Positions 1 to 8,391 of a DNA stretch of 32,000 bases are shown here, piece after piece. A program made the translations under genes and the position numbers. The number at the start of each line of letters is the position of its first letter. The first letter of the stretch is position 1. Source of the stretch: Hyperthermus butylicus DSM 5456 (lineage in GTDB: Archaea; Thermoproteota; Thermoprotei_A; Sulfolobales; Pyrodictiaceae); contig NC_008818.1 in the NCBI RefSeq assembly GCF_000015145.1, forward strand, positions 540,001 through 572,000, given 5' to 3'. Under the pieces are notes generated by a model. That model was not told the DNA's origin. It saw only the letters and a list, made by a program, of their open reading frames with translations, and did not search any database.

Positions 1-366
1 AACTATATGAATTGCAAATACTATGCCGTCGCGTCTAGCAACTATATAGTCTACATGTGGTATGCTGGAGACCCTCACTACGCTTGCAACTACTCTTCGA
101 AGGCCGCGGAGCCTAGAGAGGACCTCTTCGACGAGACTGCCACGCTCCAGCGGTTCGGGCTGTGACTCGAAGCCCGTATAGCAGGCTATGTCACCGGAGA
201 CTAGGACTATGCCACGGGCTTCAAGCTCGTCAAGTGCCTCTCTAACCTCGCTCAGGGAGAGCCTTGCCCTAGCAGCTATCGTTGCCAGTGAAAGACAGCC
301 CCGGCCGCGCTGGCTAGACTCTCGCAGTACACGCAGCACCCTCGATGCGTGGTCCCGGCCTGGCAT
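1..366 (-). CDS. Partial CDS (first 122 codons, runs off the left edge): winged-helix/HTH-like DNA-binding protein
   Basis: My own minus-strand translation starts at the ATG (complement of 364-366). An in-frame stop lies just upstream at 370-372, and the frame is stop-free down to base 1. It reads MPGRDHASRVLRVLRESSQRGRGCLSLATIAARARLSLSEVREALDELEARGIVLVSGD..., which has a wHTH-like pattern. It is missing from the ORF track because it has no stop inside the window. A TATA-like CATAATAG (complement of 381-388) lies about 20 nt upstream. Confidence 0.5.
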   Translation of the reverse strand, partial: MPGRDHASRVLRVLRESSQRGRGCLSLATIAARARLSLSEVREALDELEARGIVLVSGDIACYTGFESQPEPLERGSLVEEVLSRLRGLRRVVASVVRVSSIPHVDYIVARRDGIVFAIHIV

Positions 367-400
367 ACACTACTACCCCGCTATTATGCCTGGAAAGTGG

Positions 401-460
401 TCAGCAATGAGGCCTCCAGTCATCGCTCCCCAAGCTCTTCACGAAGGACGCGGTCATCAT
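401..460 (-). ncRNA. Candidate C/D-box sRNA (about 60 nt)
   Basis: The minus strand reads AUGAUGA (C box, 460-454), then 12 nt, then UGAA (degenerate D', 441-438). After an 11-nt spacer comes CGAUGA (C'-like, 425-420), then 15 nt, then CUGA (D box, 404-401). Overall length and box order fit archaeal C/D sRNAs. The terminal stem is weak and the internal boxes are degenerate. Confidence 0.25.
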
Positions 461-716
461 ACCCAGGTGCTGGGTAGAGGAGCGCAGGCCCCCTCATCCA
501 GCTGGGCGTCCACAGCGCCCTGTTGGGGGCCCGGCGGCACCCGAGAGGCCCCGGCCACCTGGTATACAGTAAGTCGCAGGTTTCCGGTTTTAGTCTTGGA
601 GTGCTGGGGGCCTCTGGGGCGAGAAGACTCCGCATCCCTTGTTGCTCTACGGTTTTCGGACTCGTCTTCACCGGCCCCCAAGTAGCACTAGGATGGTGGT
701 TAGTGTAGCTATACGC

Positions 717-776
717 TTTATAGCCTAGGTAAGGCTTTTTACGCGTAGGCCTGGGTTTACGGCTTGATTGGAGGTG
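717..776 (+). promoter_or_regulatory. Putative superoperon promoter and ribosome-binding site
   Basis: TTTATA at 717-722 resembles an archaeal TATA box. A strong GGAGGTG Shine-Dalgarno lies at 770-776, 9 nt before the GTG start at 786. Confidence 0.45.
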
Positions 777-785
777 TAATGTGCA

Positions 786-1517
786 GTGTCGTTCCCGGCT
801 CCACCAGCGATGATGGGGTATGACCGTAGTACAGCGATGTTCTCTCCTGATGGCCGGCTATTCCAGGTAGAGTATGCTATGGAGGCTGCTAAGCGTGGCT
901 GGACGATGGTGGGTGTTAGGGCTCGCGACGGTGTGGTGATCGTTGCTGAGAAGAAGAAGACAAGCCCGCTAATCGATATTGAGCAGCTGGAGAAGGTCTA
1001 CATGGTTGACGAGCATATAGGAGCTGGTTTTGTAGGGTTCGGCAGTGATGGTCGCGTGTTGATAGACTATGCTAGGCAGCTAGCGATACAGTACAAGTTC
1101 ATCTATGGCGAGAAGATACCAGTTGAGTACCTTACCAGGCAGATCTGTGACCTAATGCAGCTCTACACCCAGCATGGTGGCGTGAGACCCTTCGGTGTGA
1201 CACTGCTGATAGTCGGTGTAGATGATAGTGGTCCCAAGCTATTCGTTGCAGAGCCGAGCGGCCAGTACATGAGCTATAAGGCTCATGGTCTTGGCCAGGG
1301 TGGTGGCCAGGCTATAGAGATCCTGCAGCGCGAGTACAGGGACGACATAGATGTTGAGGGCGCAATACTCCTGGGCATAAGGGCTGTAGCATCTGTAATG
1401 GAGGGTAAGCCTACGCCGGAAACCCTAGAGGTTGGTGTAGCGGATACTAGGACTGGGAGGTTTAGGAAACTGACTAAAGAGGAGCTATTAAAGTATATAG
1501 AAAAGCTTGGTGCCTAG
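786..1517 (+). CDS. psmA: Proteasome subunit alpha
   Basis: 243 aa. The N-terminus YDRSTAMFSPDGRLFQVEYAMEA is the canonical alpha-subunit signature. GTG start behind an SD. First gene of the superoperon. Confidence 0.95.
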   Translation: MSFPAPPAMMGYDRSTAMFSPDGRLFQVEYAMEAAKRGWTMVGVRARDGVVIVAEKKKTSPLIDIEQLEKVYMVDEHIGAGFVGFGSDGRVLIDYARQLAIQYKFIYGEKIPVEYLTRQICDLMQLYTQHGGVRPFGVTLLIVGVDDSGPKLFVAEPSGQYMSYKAHGLGQGGGQAIEILQREYRDDIDVEGAILLGIRAVASVMEGKPTPETLEVGVADTRTGRFRKLTKEELLKYIEKLGA

Positions 1518-1520
1518 AGA

Positions 1521-2234
1521 ATGCCGCGGAAGGGCAGGGGCGAGCACGAGCCTGTAGTTGCGAGGCTTGAGGTTGCAGGTAAGCGTTTCGAGGTTCTCGT
1601 AAACCCGGACCTTGCTTTTGAGTATAAGCAAGGGAAGCAGGTTAGCCTTGAGGACATGGTTATTAGCGACGCTGTCTACACTGATCTGCGTCGAGGCTTG
1701 AGAGCATCACCTGAACTCCTACGCAAGGTTTTCGGCACTGATGACGTGGTAAAGATTGCGGCTGAGATTGTACGTCGTGGAGAACTACAGCTCACTGCCG
1801 AGCAGAGGAGGAGGCTGATAGAGGCAAAGAAGAAACAGATTATAAGCTACATAGCCCGCAACGCCATAGACCCGAAGACCAAGCTTCCAATTCCACCCGC
1901 TAGGATAGAGGCTGCTATGGAACAGGCGGGCGTAGGTGTAGACCCGTTTAAGAGTGTAGAGGAGCAAGCCCAGCTCATAGTCAAGGCTATAAGCAGGATT
2001 ATCCCGATAAAGATTGCTAAGGCGCTTCTAAGAATAGTTGTGCCGCCCGAGTACTCGCCGAGAGTTGCTGGTGCACTGCAGAAGCTGGGGGAGGTAAAGC
2101 ATATGGACTGGAGGACTGATGGGAGCCTCGTAGCGGAGCTGGAGATACCCGCGGGGCTTCAGCAGGAGGTTATAGACAAGCTTAACAAGCTCACGCAAGG
2201 CAATGTGGATGTTAAGATTGTGAGCGTGGTGTAG
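1521..2234 (+). CDS. SBDS-family ribosome maturation protein (Sdo1 ortholog)
   Basis: 237 aa. [28 protein letters not shown] is typical of the SBDS N-terminal FYSH domain. It occupies the conserved position between psmA and rrp4. Confidence 0.9.
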   Translation: MPRKGRGEHEPVVARLEVAGKRFEVLVNPDLAFEYKQGKQVSLEDMVISDAVYTDLRRGLRASPELLRKVFGTDDVVKIAAEIVRRGELQLTAEQRRRLIEAKKKQIISYIARNAIDPKTKLPIPPARIEAAMEQAGVGVDPFKSVEEQAQLIVKAISRIIPIKIAKALLRIVVPPEYSPRVAGALQKLGEVKHMDWRTDGSLVAELEIPAGLQQEVIDKLNKLTQGNVDVKIVSVV

Positions 2235-2241
2235 CAGGGCC

Positions 2242-2961
2242 TTGGCCAGGATATATGTGCAGAATAGGAGCATAGTTGTGCCGGGGGATCTCCTGGCTGA
2301 GGGCGAGGATGTGGTAGTGGAGTCCATCTTTGTTGAGCGTGTAGGTCTAAAGTACTACGCTACTATAACTGGGCTTGCCAATGTACAGCAGGAGGATGGC
2401 AAGTTCAAGGTATCCATTATACCACTCGAGGGAGCCTACATACCCCGCCCAGGCGACATAGTTATAGGGCTTGTAAGGGATATAGGGCTCACTCATTGGG
2501 AGGTAGACATCGCCTCGCCCTACAAGGGCATACTCACTGTGCAGGAGGTACTAGATCGCCCCTTTAACCCCGCAACCGATAGCCTGAAGAAGTACCTCGA
2601 TGTAGGCGACTACATTGTCGCCAAGATAGTAGCTTTTGACCGCGCAAGGGATCCATTACTAACAATCAAGGGTAAGGGGCTCGGCCGCATAGTCGAGGGC
2701 TCCATTGTCGAGATTAAGCCCAGCCGTGTACCCAGGGTTATAGGTAAGAAGGGCTCAATGGTGAACATGATTATGCAGGAGACTGGCTGCGAGGTACTCG
2801 TGGGCCAGAATGGGAGGATACTAGTTAAATGCCCTAATCGGGAGCTTGAAGAGATAGTAGTACTCTCAATAAAGAAGATTGAAGCCGAGGCTCATACAAC
2901 GGGGCTCACTGAAAGGGTTAGGGAGTTCATTAGGAGGGAGAGGAGTAGGAGAGGTGTATAA
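2242..2961 (+). CDS. rrp4: Exosome complex RNA-binding subunit Rrp4 (S1 + KH domains)
   Basis: 239 aa. It has an S1-like segment (PRPGDIVIGLVRDIGLTHWEVDI) and a KH-like segment (RVIGKKGSMVNMIMQETGCEVLVGQNGRI). It sits directly upstream of rrp41/rrp42. Confidence 0.9.
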   Translation: MARIYVQNRSIVVPGDLLAEGEDVVVESIFVERVGLKYYATITGLANVQQEDGKFKVSIIPLEGAYIPRPGDIVIGLVRDIGLTHWEVDIASPYKGILTVQEVLDRPFNPATDSLKKYLDVGDYIVAKIVAFDRARDPLLTIKGKGLGRIVEGSIVEIKPSRVPRVIGKKGSMVNMIMQETGCEVLVGQNGRILVKCPNRELEEIVVLSIKKIEAEAHTTGLTERVREFIRRERSRRGV

Positions 2962-2964
2962 CCC

Positions 2965-3732
2965 ATGGCTGGCGGTGCCGGTGAGAAACCCACCCTTATA
3001 AGGTGGGAGGAGCGGGACGGCCAGAAAGTAGCTATCCGCCATGATGGTAGGCTGCCGGAGCAGCTCCGCCCCATAAGGATGGAGGTTGGTGTCCTCAGCA
3101 ATGCTGATGGCTCGGCGCTAGTAGAGTACGGAGGCACCAGGGTTATAGCAGCCGTCTATGGGCCTCGTGAAGCTCATCCCAGACATGTAGCGCTGCCAGA
3201 CCGTGCCATCATAAGGTGCCGCTACCACATGGCCCCGTTCTCGACGGCTGAAAGGAAGACGCCAGCACCGACAAGGCGCGAGGTTGAACTATCAAAGGTT
3301 ATTCGTGAGGCGTTGGAGGCTGTTGTTATCTCCGAGCTATATCCTCGCACAGCCATCGATGTCTACATGGAGGTGTTGCAGTCCGATGGCGGCACGAGGA
3401 CTGCTGCGATAACAGCTGCAAGCCTAGCGCTAGCTGATGCAGGTATAGCTATGAGGGATCTCGTTGCTGGTGTTGCAGTGGGGAAAGTTGATGGAGTCCT
3501 GGTACTCGATATAGACGAAATCGAGGATAACTATGCAGAGGCAGACATGCCGGTAGCAATGGCGCCGAGCCTGGATAAGGTTCTACTCCTACAGCTTAAC
3601 GGTGTTCTAACCCATGACGAGTTTGTAAAGGCGCTAGAGCTTGCCCGGAAGGGTATACAAGTGATCTACAACCTCCAGAAGGAGGCTCTCCGCAAGAAGT
3701 ATGTCGAGGTAAGTGTTGAGGAGGGTGCATAA
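2965..3732 (+). CDS. rrp41: Exosome complex exonuclease Rrp41 (RNase PH fold)
   Basis: 255 aa. RNase PH-like motifs are present: [34 protein letters not shown] and [21 protein letters not shown]. Confidence 0.93.
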
Positions 3733-3735
3733 GCC

Positions 3736-4722
3736 ATGAGTATCACGCCCTCATTCCAACCAGTTATTCCCAAGCTCAAGAAGCATACTATGGAGACGCT
3801 GCTCTCGCGCGGCGTTAGGCTTGACGGTAGGAAGCTGGACGAGACAAGGCCGGTAGAGATAACGCCGGGCTACATTGATAGGGCTGAGGGCTCGGCACTA
3901 GTCAAGCTCGGCCAGACAGTTGTATTAGCGGGAGTTAAGACTGATATCGTTGCCCCGTTCCCCGATACGCCTAATGAGGCTGTGCTAGTAGTTCACGCCG
4001 AGTTCGTGCCGCTGGCATCGCCAACCTTTGAGCCAGGCCCACCAGACGAGAACGCTATTGAGCTTGCAAGAGTTATTGATAGAAGTCTACGAGAAATCAA
4101 GGCTGTTGCGCTGGATAAGCTTGTATTGGAGCCGGGTAAGCATGTGTGGAGGCTCTATGTGGATCTCTACATACTAAACCATGACGGCAACCTATTTGAT
4201 GCCTCTATGCTGGCAGCAATGGCTGCACTCATGACTACACGGCTGCCAGCAGCAGTTAAGACCGAGGACGGCTACACTGTGGATAGGTCGAAGTTTACAG
4301 GCTTGGTGCCAGTGAACCATAAGGTTGTAACGGTAACGATAGCAAAGCTGAGTAATAGGCTCATAGTTGACCCGACCTATGAGGAGGAGCAGGTAGCCGA
4401 TACAAGGCTCGTAGTAGCGGTTAGCGACGATGGCAGGATTGCGGGTATACAGAAGACAGGTATGGGTGACCTCACCTACAAGGAAGTACTCACTGCGGTA
4501 GCTATAGCGCTAAACAAGGCTCAAGTCTACCTCAAAGCTCTTGAGGAGAAGGTTGTTCCCTACCGTGCAGAGCTCGAGAAGAAGCTAGCTGAGCAGGCTG
4601 CTGGGGCTACTCCTGCAGCAGCGGTACCGGCACCTGCTAGGGAGCATGAAGAAGTTGTAGAGCAGGCTGAGTCCGCTGGCGAGGAGACCGTTGAACAGAG
4701 CTACGAGGAGGAGCGGGACTAG
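3736..4722 (+). CDS. rrp42: Exosome complex subunit Rrp42 (inactive RNase PH fold) with an Ala/Glu-rich C-terminal tail
   Basis: 328 aa. RLDGRKLDETRPVEITPGYIDRAEGSALVKLGQT is Rrp42-like. The last roughly 50 aa are a low-complexity acidic tail (AAGATPAAAVPAPAREHEEVVEQAESAGEETVEQSYEEERD). Confidence 0.9.
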   Translation: MSITPSFQPVIPKLKKHTMETLLSRGVRLDGRKLDETRPVEITPGYIDRAEGSALVKLGQTVVLAGVKTDIVAPFPDTPNEAVLVVHAEFVPLASPTFEPGPPDENAIELARVIDRSLREIKAVALDKLVLEPGKHVWRLYVDLYILNHDGNLFDASMLAAMAALMTTRLPAAVKTEDGYTVDRSKFTGLVPVNHKVVTVTIAKLSNRLIVDPTYEEEQVADTRLVVAVSDDGRIAGIQKTGMGDLTYKEVLTAVAIALNKAQVYLKALEEKVVPYRAELEKKLAEQAAGATPAAAVPAPAREHEEVVEQAESAGEETVEQSYEEERD

Positions 4723-4774
4723 ACCTTCAAGGCTTATAAGTTGGCTCTCCTAGAGCCGTGGCGGGGGAACAGCG

Positions 4775-5041
4775 TTGGCCAGGCGGACGCGCGTCGTAGG
4801 CATTGCTGGCAGGTTCGGGCCGCGCTACGGTTCGACCCTTAGGAAGCGCTGGAAAGAGGTTATGGAGCGCCGCTATGCAGACCACGAGTGTCCATTCTGC
4901 GGGGTTAAGGGCCACGTCAAGAGGATAAGCGTAGGCATATGGACATGCACAAAGTGCGGAGCCGTATGGGCTGGTGCAGCCTACGTACCCAGAAGCGGGC
5001 TCAACAAGCACTTCCCGAGAGTAGTCATACGCGAAGACTAG
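4775..5041 (+). CDS. rpl37ae: 50S ribosomal protein L37Ae (eL43)
   Basis: 88 aa. It has [15 protein letters not shown] and a zinc ribbon, CPFCG...CTKCG. TTG start. Confidence 0.92.
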   Translation: MARRTRVVGIAGRFGPRYGSTLRKRWKEVMERRYADHECPFCGVKGHVKRISVGIWTCTKCGAVWAGAAYVPRSGLNKHFPRVVIRED

Positions 5042-5137
5042 CCCCAAGCCCGACTTCTTTCCATGTAGAAAGCTCTACCCCTACCTGGTCTTACAGTGAT
5101 ATCGGCAGCTGAGCGGGGACTTCTGGACTGATGGGCT

Positions 5138-5788
5138 ATGGTGCTGGAAAAGCGTGTAACCAGCTATAGGATCCTGGTGACCACCTCTCACCGTCCAACC
5201 CAGCGTATAAGGAGCTTTGTCAAGGACTTGGCATCGGTCCTGCCAAACGCGGTTAAAATCAATCGTGGTAAGGCCACTATGCGCGATCTATACTACGAGG
5301 CAGCCAGTATTGGTGCAAACCGCGTCGTCATAGTTGCTGGATGGAAGGGTAATCCAGGCTCTATAAACGTCTACGAGCCTGTAGAGCCACCAGACATGGA
5401 GCTTAAGCTTATTGCTAGGCTTTTACTTAGAGGCGTTAGATTGTCGAGGGAGACTCCTGGAGCACAACGCTCATATGGAACTTCGAGCCTTGGCGTCTAT
5501 GTTGAATCAGGCTCCCAGGAGCTAGCAGTACTTGCTGACACACTGATACGCGCGTTTAACGCGAAGCTTATACTCGACCTTGAGAGAGCACATCGTGTCG
5601 TGGATGTTGTAGCTGTCATCTCGCCTGGCAGGGATGACTACGTGGCTGAGATAAGGTTCCTATGTACTGGTTCTGGGCGGCAGTGTGGCCCCCTACTGAG
5701 GCTCGCGGGGGTAGCGGATAATGTATCGGGTTACAGGCTGCATAGAGCTAGAGCTGCCGGAGGAGAAGGCGCTGCAGGCAGTAGCTAG
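5138..5788 (+). CDS. Brix/Imp4-domain ribosome biogenesis protein
   Basis: 216 aa. ILVTTSHRPTQRIRSFVKDLASVLPNAVKINRGKATMRDL is typical of archaeal Brix proteins. The 3' end overlaps the next gene by 68 nt. Confidence 0.8.
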   Translation: MVLEKRVTSYRILVTTSHRPTQRIRSFVKDLASVLPNAVKINRGKATMRDLYYEAASIGANRVVIVAGWKGNPGSINVYEPVEPPDMELKLIARLLLRGVRLSRETPGAQRSYGTSSLGVYVESGSQELAVLADTLIRAFNAKLILDLERAHRVVDVVAVISPGRDDYVAEIRFLCTGSGRQCGPLLRLAGVADNVSGYRLHRARAAGGEGAAGSS

Positions 5789-5975
5789 GGCTTTAGATGT
5801 CGAGGCTAGGAACCCGCCAGACCCGCGGAGAGGCCGTGTAGAGGTACGTGTTGAGCCTGGCAAACTAGTAGTCTGTTTCGAGGCACGTGACCTAGCTGCA
5901 GCACGTACATTGGCAAACACTTATCTCAGCCTAGCAGCGACAACAGTCGAGGTGGTTGCGGCTACAGGTGGGTAG
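5721..5975 (+). CDS. pcc1: KEOPS complex subunit Pcc1-like
   Basis: 84 aa. Small beta-alpha protein (IELELPEEKALQAVARALDVEARNP...VVCFEARDLAAARTLANTYLSL). It lies between Brix and prefoldin beta, as in other archaeal superoperons. Confidence 0.7.
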   Translation: MYRVTGCIELELPEEKALQAVARALDVEARNPPDPRRGRVEVRVEPGKLVVCFEARDLAAARTLANTYLSLAATTVEVVAATGG

Positions 5976-6360
5976 GGCCTTGGCGCAGCGTCTACCCCCC
6001 GAGTTGGAGAACAAGCTTGTCCGGCTACAGACGCTACAAGCACAGTACAATAAGATACTGCAGGAGAGGGCTACGGTGGAGAGCGAGATAGCCGAAACAC
6101 AGCGCGCAATAAAGCTCATCGAGGAGGCTGGTGAAAACGCACCAGTATATCGGATGGAGGCAAACGTAATGGTAAGGGTTGACCGGGCTAAGCTGCTCCA
6201 GGAGCTCAAGGACCGCCTCGAAATACTGGAGCTGAGGCTGCAGAGGCTTAAGAAGCAGGAGGAGGAGATTAGGAAACAGTTAGACACGTTAGCCAAGGAG
6301 ATAAGGGAGCTACAGACGAAGCTAGCCCTAGGCAAGCAGGCAGGCGCAGGAGCGAGCTAG
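5956..6360 (+). CDS. pfdB: Prefoldin subunit beta
   Basis: Two coiled-coil arms flank a beta hairpin (LPPELENKLVRLQTLQAQYNKI...VYRMEANVMVRV...LEILELRLQRLKKQEEEIRKQL). The true start is probably TTG at 5980 (MAQRLPPELENK), just after the pcc1 stop. Confidence 0.85.
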   Translation: MRLQVGRALAQRLPPELENKLVRLQTLQAQYNKILQERATVESEIAETQRAIKLIEEAGENAPVYRMEANVMVRVDRAKLLQELKDRLEILELRLQRLKKQEEEIRKQLDTLAKEIRELQTKLALGKQAGAGAS

Positions 6361-6407
6361 TATCTCCCCACGAGTTCCTAGGAGGATGGGTGAGCAGACA
6401 GTACGTG

Positions 6408-6413
6408 TTTTTT
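6408..6413 (+). terminator. T6 tract, candidate archaeal terminator of the superoperon transcript
   Basis: TTTTTT lies about 48 nt after the pfdB stop. Oligo-T tracts are the known archaeal termination signal. A CTTAAA TATA-like element follows at 6428-6433, about 30 nt before the next ATG. Confidence 0.4.
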
Positions 6414-6460
6414 AGCTGAGAATACCCCTTAAACCCGGGCTCTGTGTCTCCCGTTCCGTT

Positions 6461-6820
6461 ATGTGTAGGGGCCAGTCGTTGCCGAGGGTTATAGACGTCG
6501 GGCTTGGCAAGAAGCCGCTGAGCCTCGAGGAGCTAGAGGAGATACTTGGAGAGGTTGAAAGGATGCTTAGCAGGGAGCTTGAGGAGAGGCTTGGCAGGAG
6601 GCTGGAAGAGCTAGATATAGTTGTTGAGGGTGTGCTTTCGCCGGACGGTAGAAACCTCCAAATACTAATTGATGTGAGGGCTACTGGTAGGCTAATAGCG
6701 CCCCTATCCTATGACGAGGTGGTGGCTGAGGCTATTGACGCTGCAGCAAAGTGGCTCGAGCGCAGGCTACGTTCCAGACTGGCTAAGGGAGAAGGCGGAG
6801 GAGCTGCTAGAGCTAGCTGA
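6461..6820 (+). CDS. Small conserved hypothetical protein (possibly DUF3194-like)
   Basis: 119 aa. The sequence is protein-like and E/L/R-rich (LSLEELEEILGEVERMLSRELEERLGRRLEELDIVVEGVLSPDGRNLQILIDVRATG). The family assignment is from memory of superoperon neighbours only. The tail overlaps the DHH ORF. Confidence 0.45.
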   Translation: MCRGQSLPRVIDVGLGKKPLSLEELEEILGEVERMLSRELEERLGRRLEELDIVVEGVLSPDGRNLQILIDVRATGRLIAPLSYDEVVAEAIDAAAKWLERRLRSRLAKGEGGGAARAS

Positions 6821-7802
6821 GGATGCTGGCACACCTATAGTGGTTACCGGCCACAAAAACGCCGACCCTGATGCCCTCGCCGCAGCCTACGTTATCCGCA
6901 ACATTCTCCGCTCCCGTGGGCTTGACGCGAGGCTCGTACTGCCTGAGGGTCTTAGCCAACCGAGTAAAAGGGTTGCCCGCGAGATACTCGGTGTAGAGCC
7001 TGCAGATGTGGAGGATGAGCCCCCGGAAGAGTCTGCGCTAGCAGTAGTTGTTGACACGGCTTCGCCGGAGCAGCTTGGCAGGCTTGCAGAGTTTGTGCTA
7101 CAGGTAGACTTCGTAGTGATAGACCATCATGAGAGTAATAGGCTGGCGGAGAAGGCTGCCTTAGCCATAGTTGATACATCTGCTAAGGCTAACGCCGAGA
7201 TAGTATACATGATGGCTCGCCACATCTACGGAGTGAATCTCTCAAGACAGGAACTCGAAGTCCTATTGTCAGGCATAGTCTATGATACAAGGCACTTTGT
7301 CCTCTCTACAGCGCGTACACTGAGAATAGCAGCTGAACTCATGGAGGCTGGTGCCAGTCTTGAGAGGGTGCTGCGTGCCCTCCAGTCGCCGCCGATGGAG
7401 ATTGCCGAGAGGATAGCTAGGATAAAAGCTGCCAAGAGAATGCATGCGCTACGTGCTGGCGACTACATAGTGGCTGTTACAAATGTTGGAGCCTACGAGT
7501 CAAGTGTAGCCAGGGCGCTGCTCGACCTGGGTGCAGACATGGCGCTCATAGTTTCCGAGCATGGTGATGAGGTGCGAGTCATTGGGAGGGCTCGCAAGAG
7601 CATCGTGGAGAAGCTAGATGTACACTTGGGTCGAGACATAATGGAGCCGCTAGGCTCAATGTTCGGGGGAGGCGGTGGAGGACACGCGCAAGCAGCAGGG
7701 GCAACTGTTAGAGCTGATCTTGAGAGAGTATACGCCGCCCTATTAGAACTCCTAGAAAAGCTCCTAAAGAGTAAAGGGCTGGAACCACAAGCTCTAGCCT
7801 AG
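6711..7802 (+). CDS. DHH/DHHA1-family phosphoesterase (NrnA/RecJ-like)
   Basis: 363 aa. Motifs seen: VVTGHKNADPDALAAAYV (DHH motifs I-II), VVDTAS, IDHHESN (DHH) and GGGGGHAQAAGA (DHHA1). The only in-frame starts are ATG 6711 and TTG 6735, so it overlaps the upstream ORF by 86-110 nt. Confidence 0.85.
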   Translation: MTRWWLRLLTLQQSGSSAGYVPDWLREKAEELLELAEDAGTPIVVTGHKNADPDALAAAYVIRNILRSRGLDARLVLPEGLSQPSKRVAREILGVEPADVEDEPPEESALAVVVDTASPEQLGRLAEFVLQVDFVVIDHHESNRLAEKAALAIVDTSAKANAEIVYMMARHIYGVNLSRQELEVLLSGIVYDTRHFVLSTARTLRIAAELMEAGASLERVLRALQSPPMEIAERIARIKAAKRMHALRAGDYIVAVTNVGAYESSVARALLDLGADMALIVSEHGDEVRVIGRARKSIVEKLDVHLGRDIMEPLGSMFGGGGGGHAQAAGATVRADLERVYAALLELLEKLLKSKGLEPQALA

Positions 7803-7807
7803 AGGGG

Positions 7808-8218
7808 GTGTGTGGCCTGGTGGTTTCCGATCTCTCCGAGCTAGAGACCATGGTTAGATTGCTCCGGCTCCCATATCGCCGCATGGGGGACAGTGTAGTC
7901 GCGAGCTTCTCCGACGAAAAATACGGTGAGATAGGCCTCGTATACACTCTCGACCGGGATACGGGAAGCCTCCGCGTCGCGGCCCCCTTGGACGTGGAGC
8001 CTACGAGTGAGGGGTTGCGCGTAATCCTTGAGGAGAACTTCACAAGCACCACATACAAGTATGCCCTAGACTACGAGGGCTTCATAACTGTGGTGTACGA
8101 TGTTCAAGCTGACTGTGTAAGGGATGTTCGGAAGCTTAGAGAAATAACGCTCTATGTTGTTGAGGGTGCTAAGAGGATCCTGGAGAGGAGTAGGCCGGAG
8201 AAGGTGGAGGGAGGTTAG
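7808..8218 (+). CDS. Hypothetical protein
   Basis: 136 aa with balanced composition. It starts 5 nt after the DHH stop, so it is probably co-transcribed. I recognise no motif. Confidence 0.5.
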   Translation: MCGLVVSDLSELETMVRLLRLPYRRMGDSVVASFSDEKYGEIGLVYTLDRDTGSLRVAAPLDVEPTSEGLRVILEENFTSTTYKYALDYEGFITVVYDVQADCVRDVRKLREITLYVVEGAKRILERSRPEKVEGG

Positions 8219-8391
8219 CCCTTCTTCATACCTATCATCGCGCGTTTCGGCCTCAGATTCTTGCTCTTACAGCGCCTACACTTCTTTGCACCTGGCGGGT
8301 TTAGCGCTCCACACTTTCTACAGACAAGCTTGTTTAGTACACGTTGGTACACAATTCTCATTGTTTCTGGGTCGCGCGCTGCAACCATGGC

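Noticed and set aside
188-685. 165-aa plus-strand ORF, with overlapping 61-83-aa ORFs on both strands
   Set aside because: The composition is Ser/Arg/Pro/Ala-rich and not protein-like. The first half lies antisense to a better wHTH-like ORF (1-366, minus). The rest lies in the GC-rich, stem-dense region. It is most likely a by-product of GC-rich sequence lacking stop codons.
400-715. Identification of the structured region as SRP (7S) RNA or RNase P RNA
   Set aside because: I looked on both strands for the hallmark motifs as I remember them. For SRP helix 8 that is GGAAGGGAGCA-type. For RNase P that is GAGGAAAGUCC and ACAGAA-CCGGCUUA. I found only loose resemblances (GAGCAAC, AGUCCG, an h3-UGUU-h4-like pair of hairpins). 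The helix topology does not fit either RNA.
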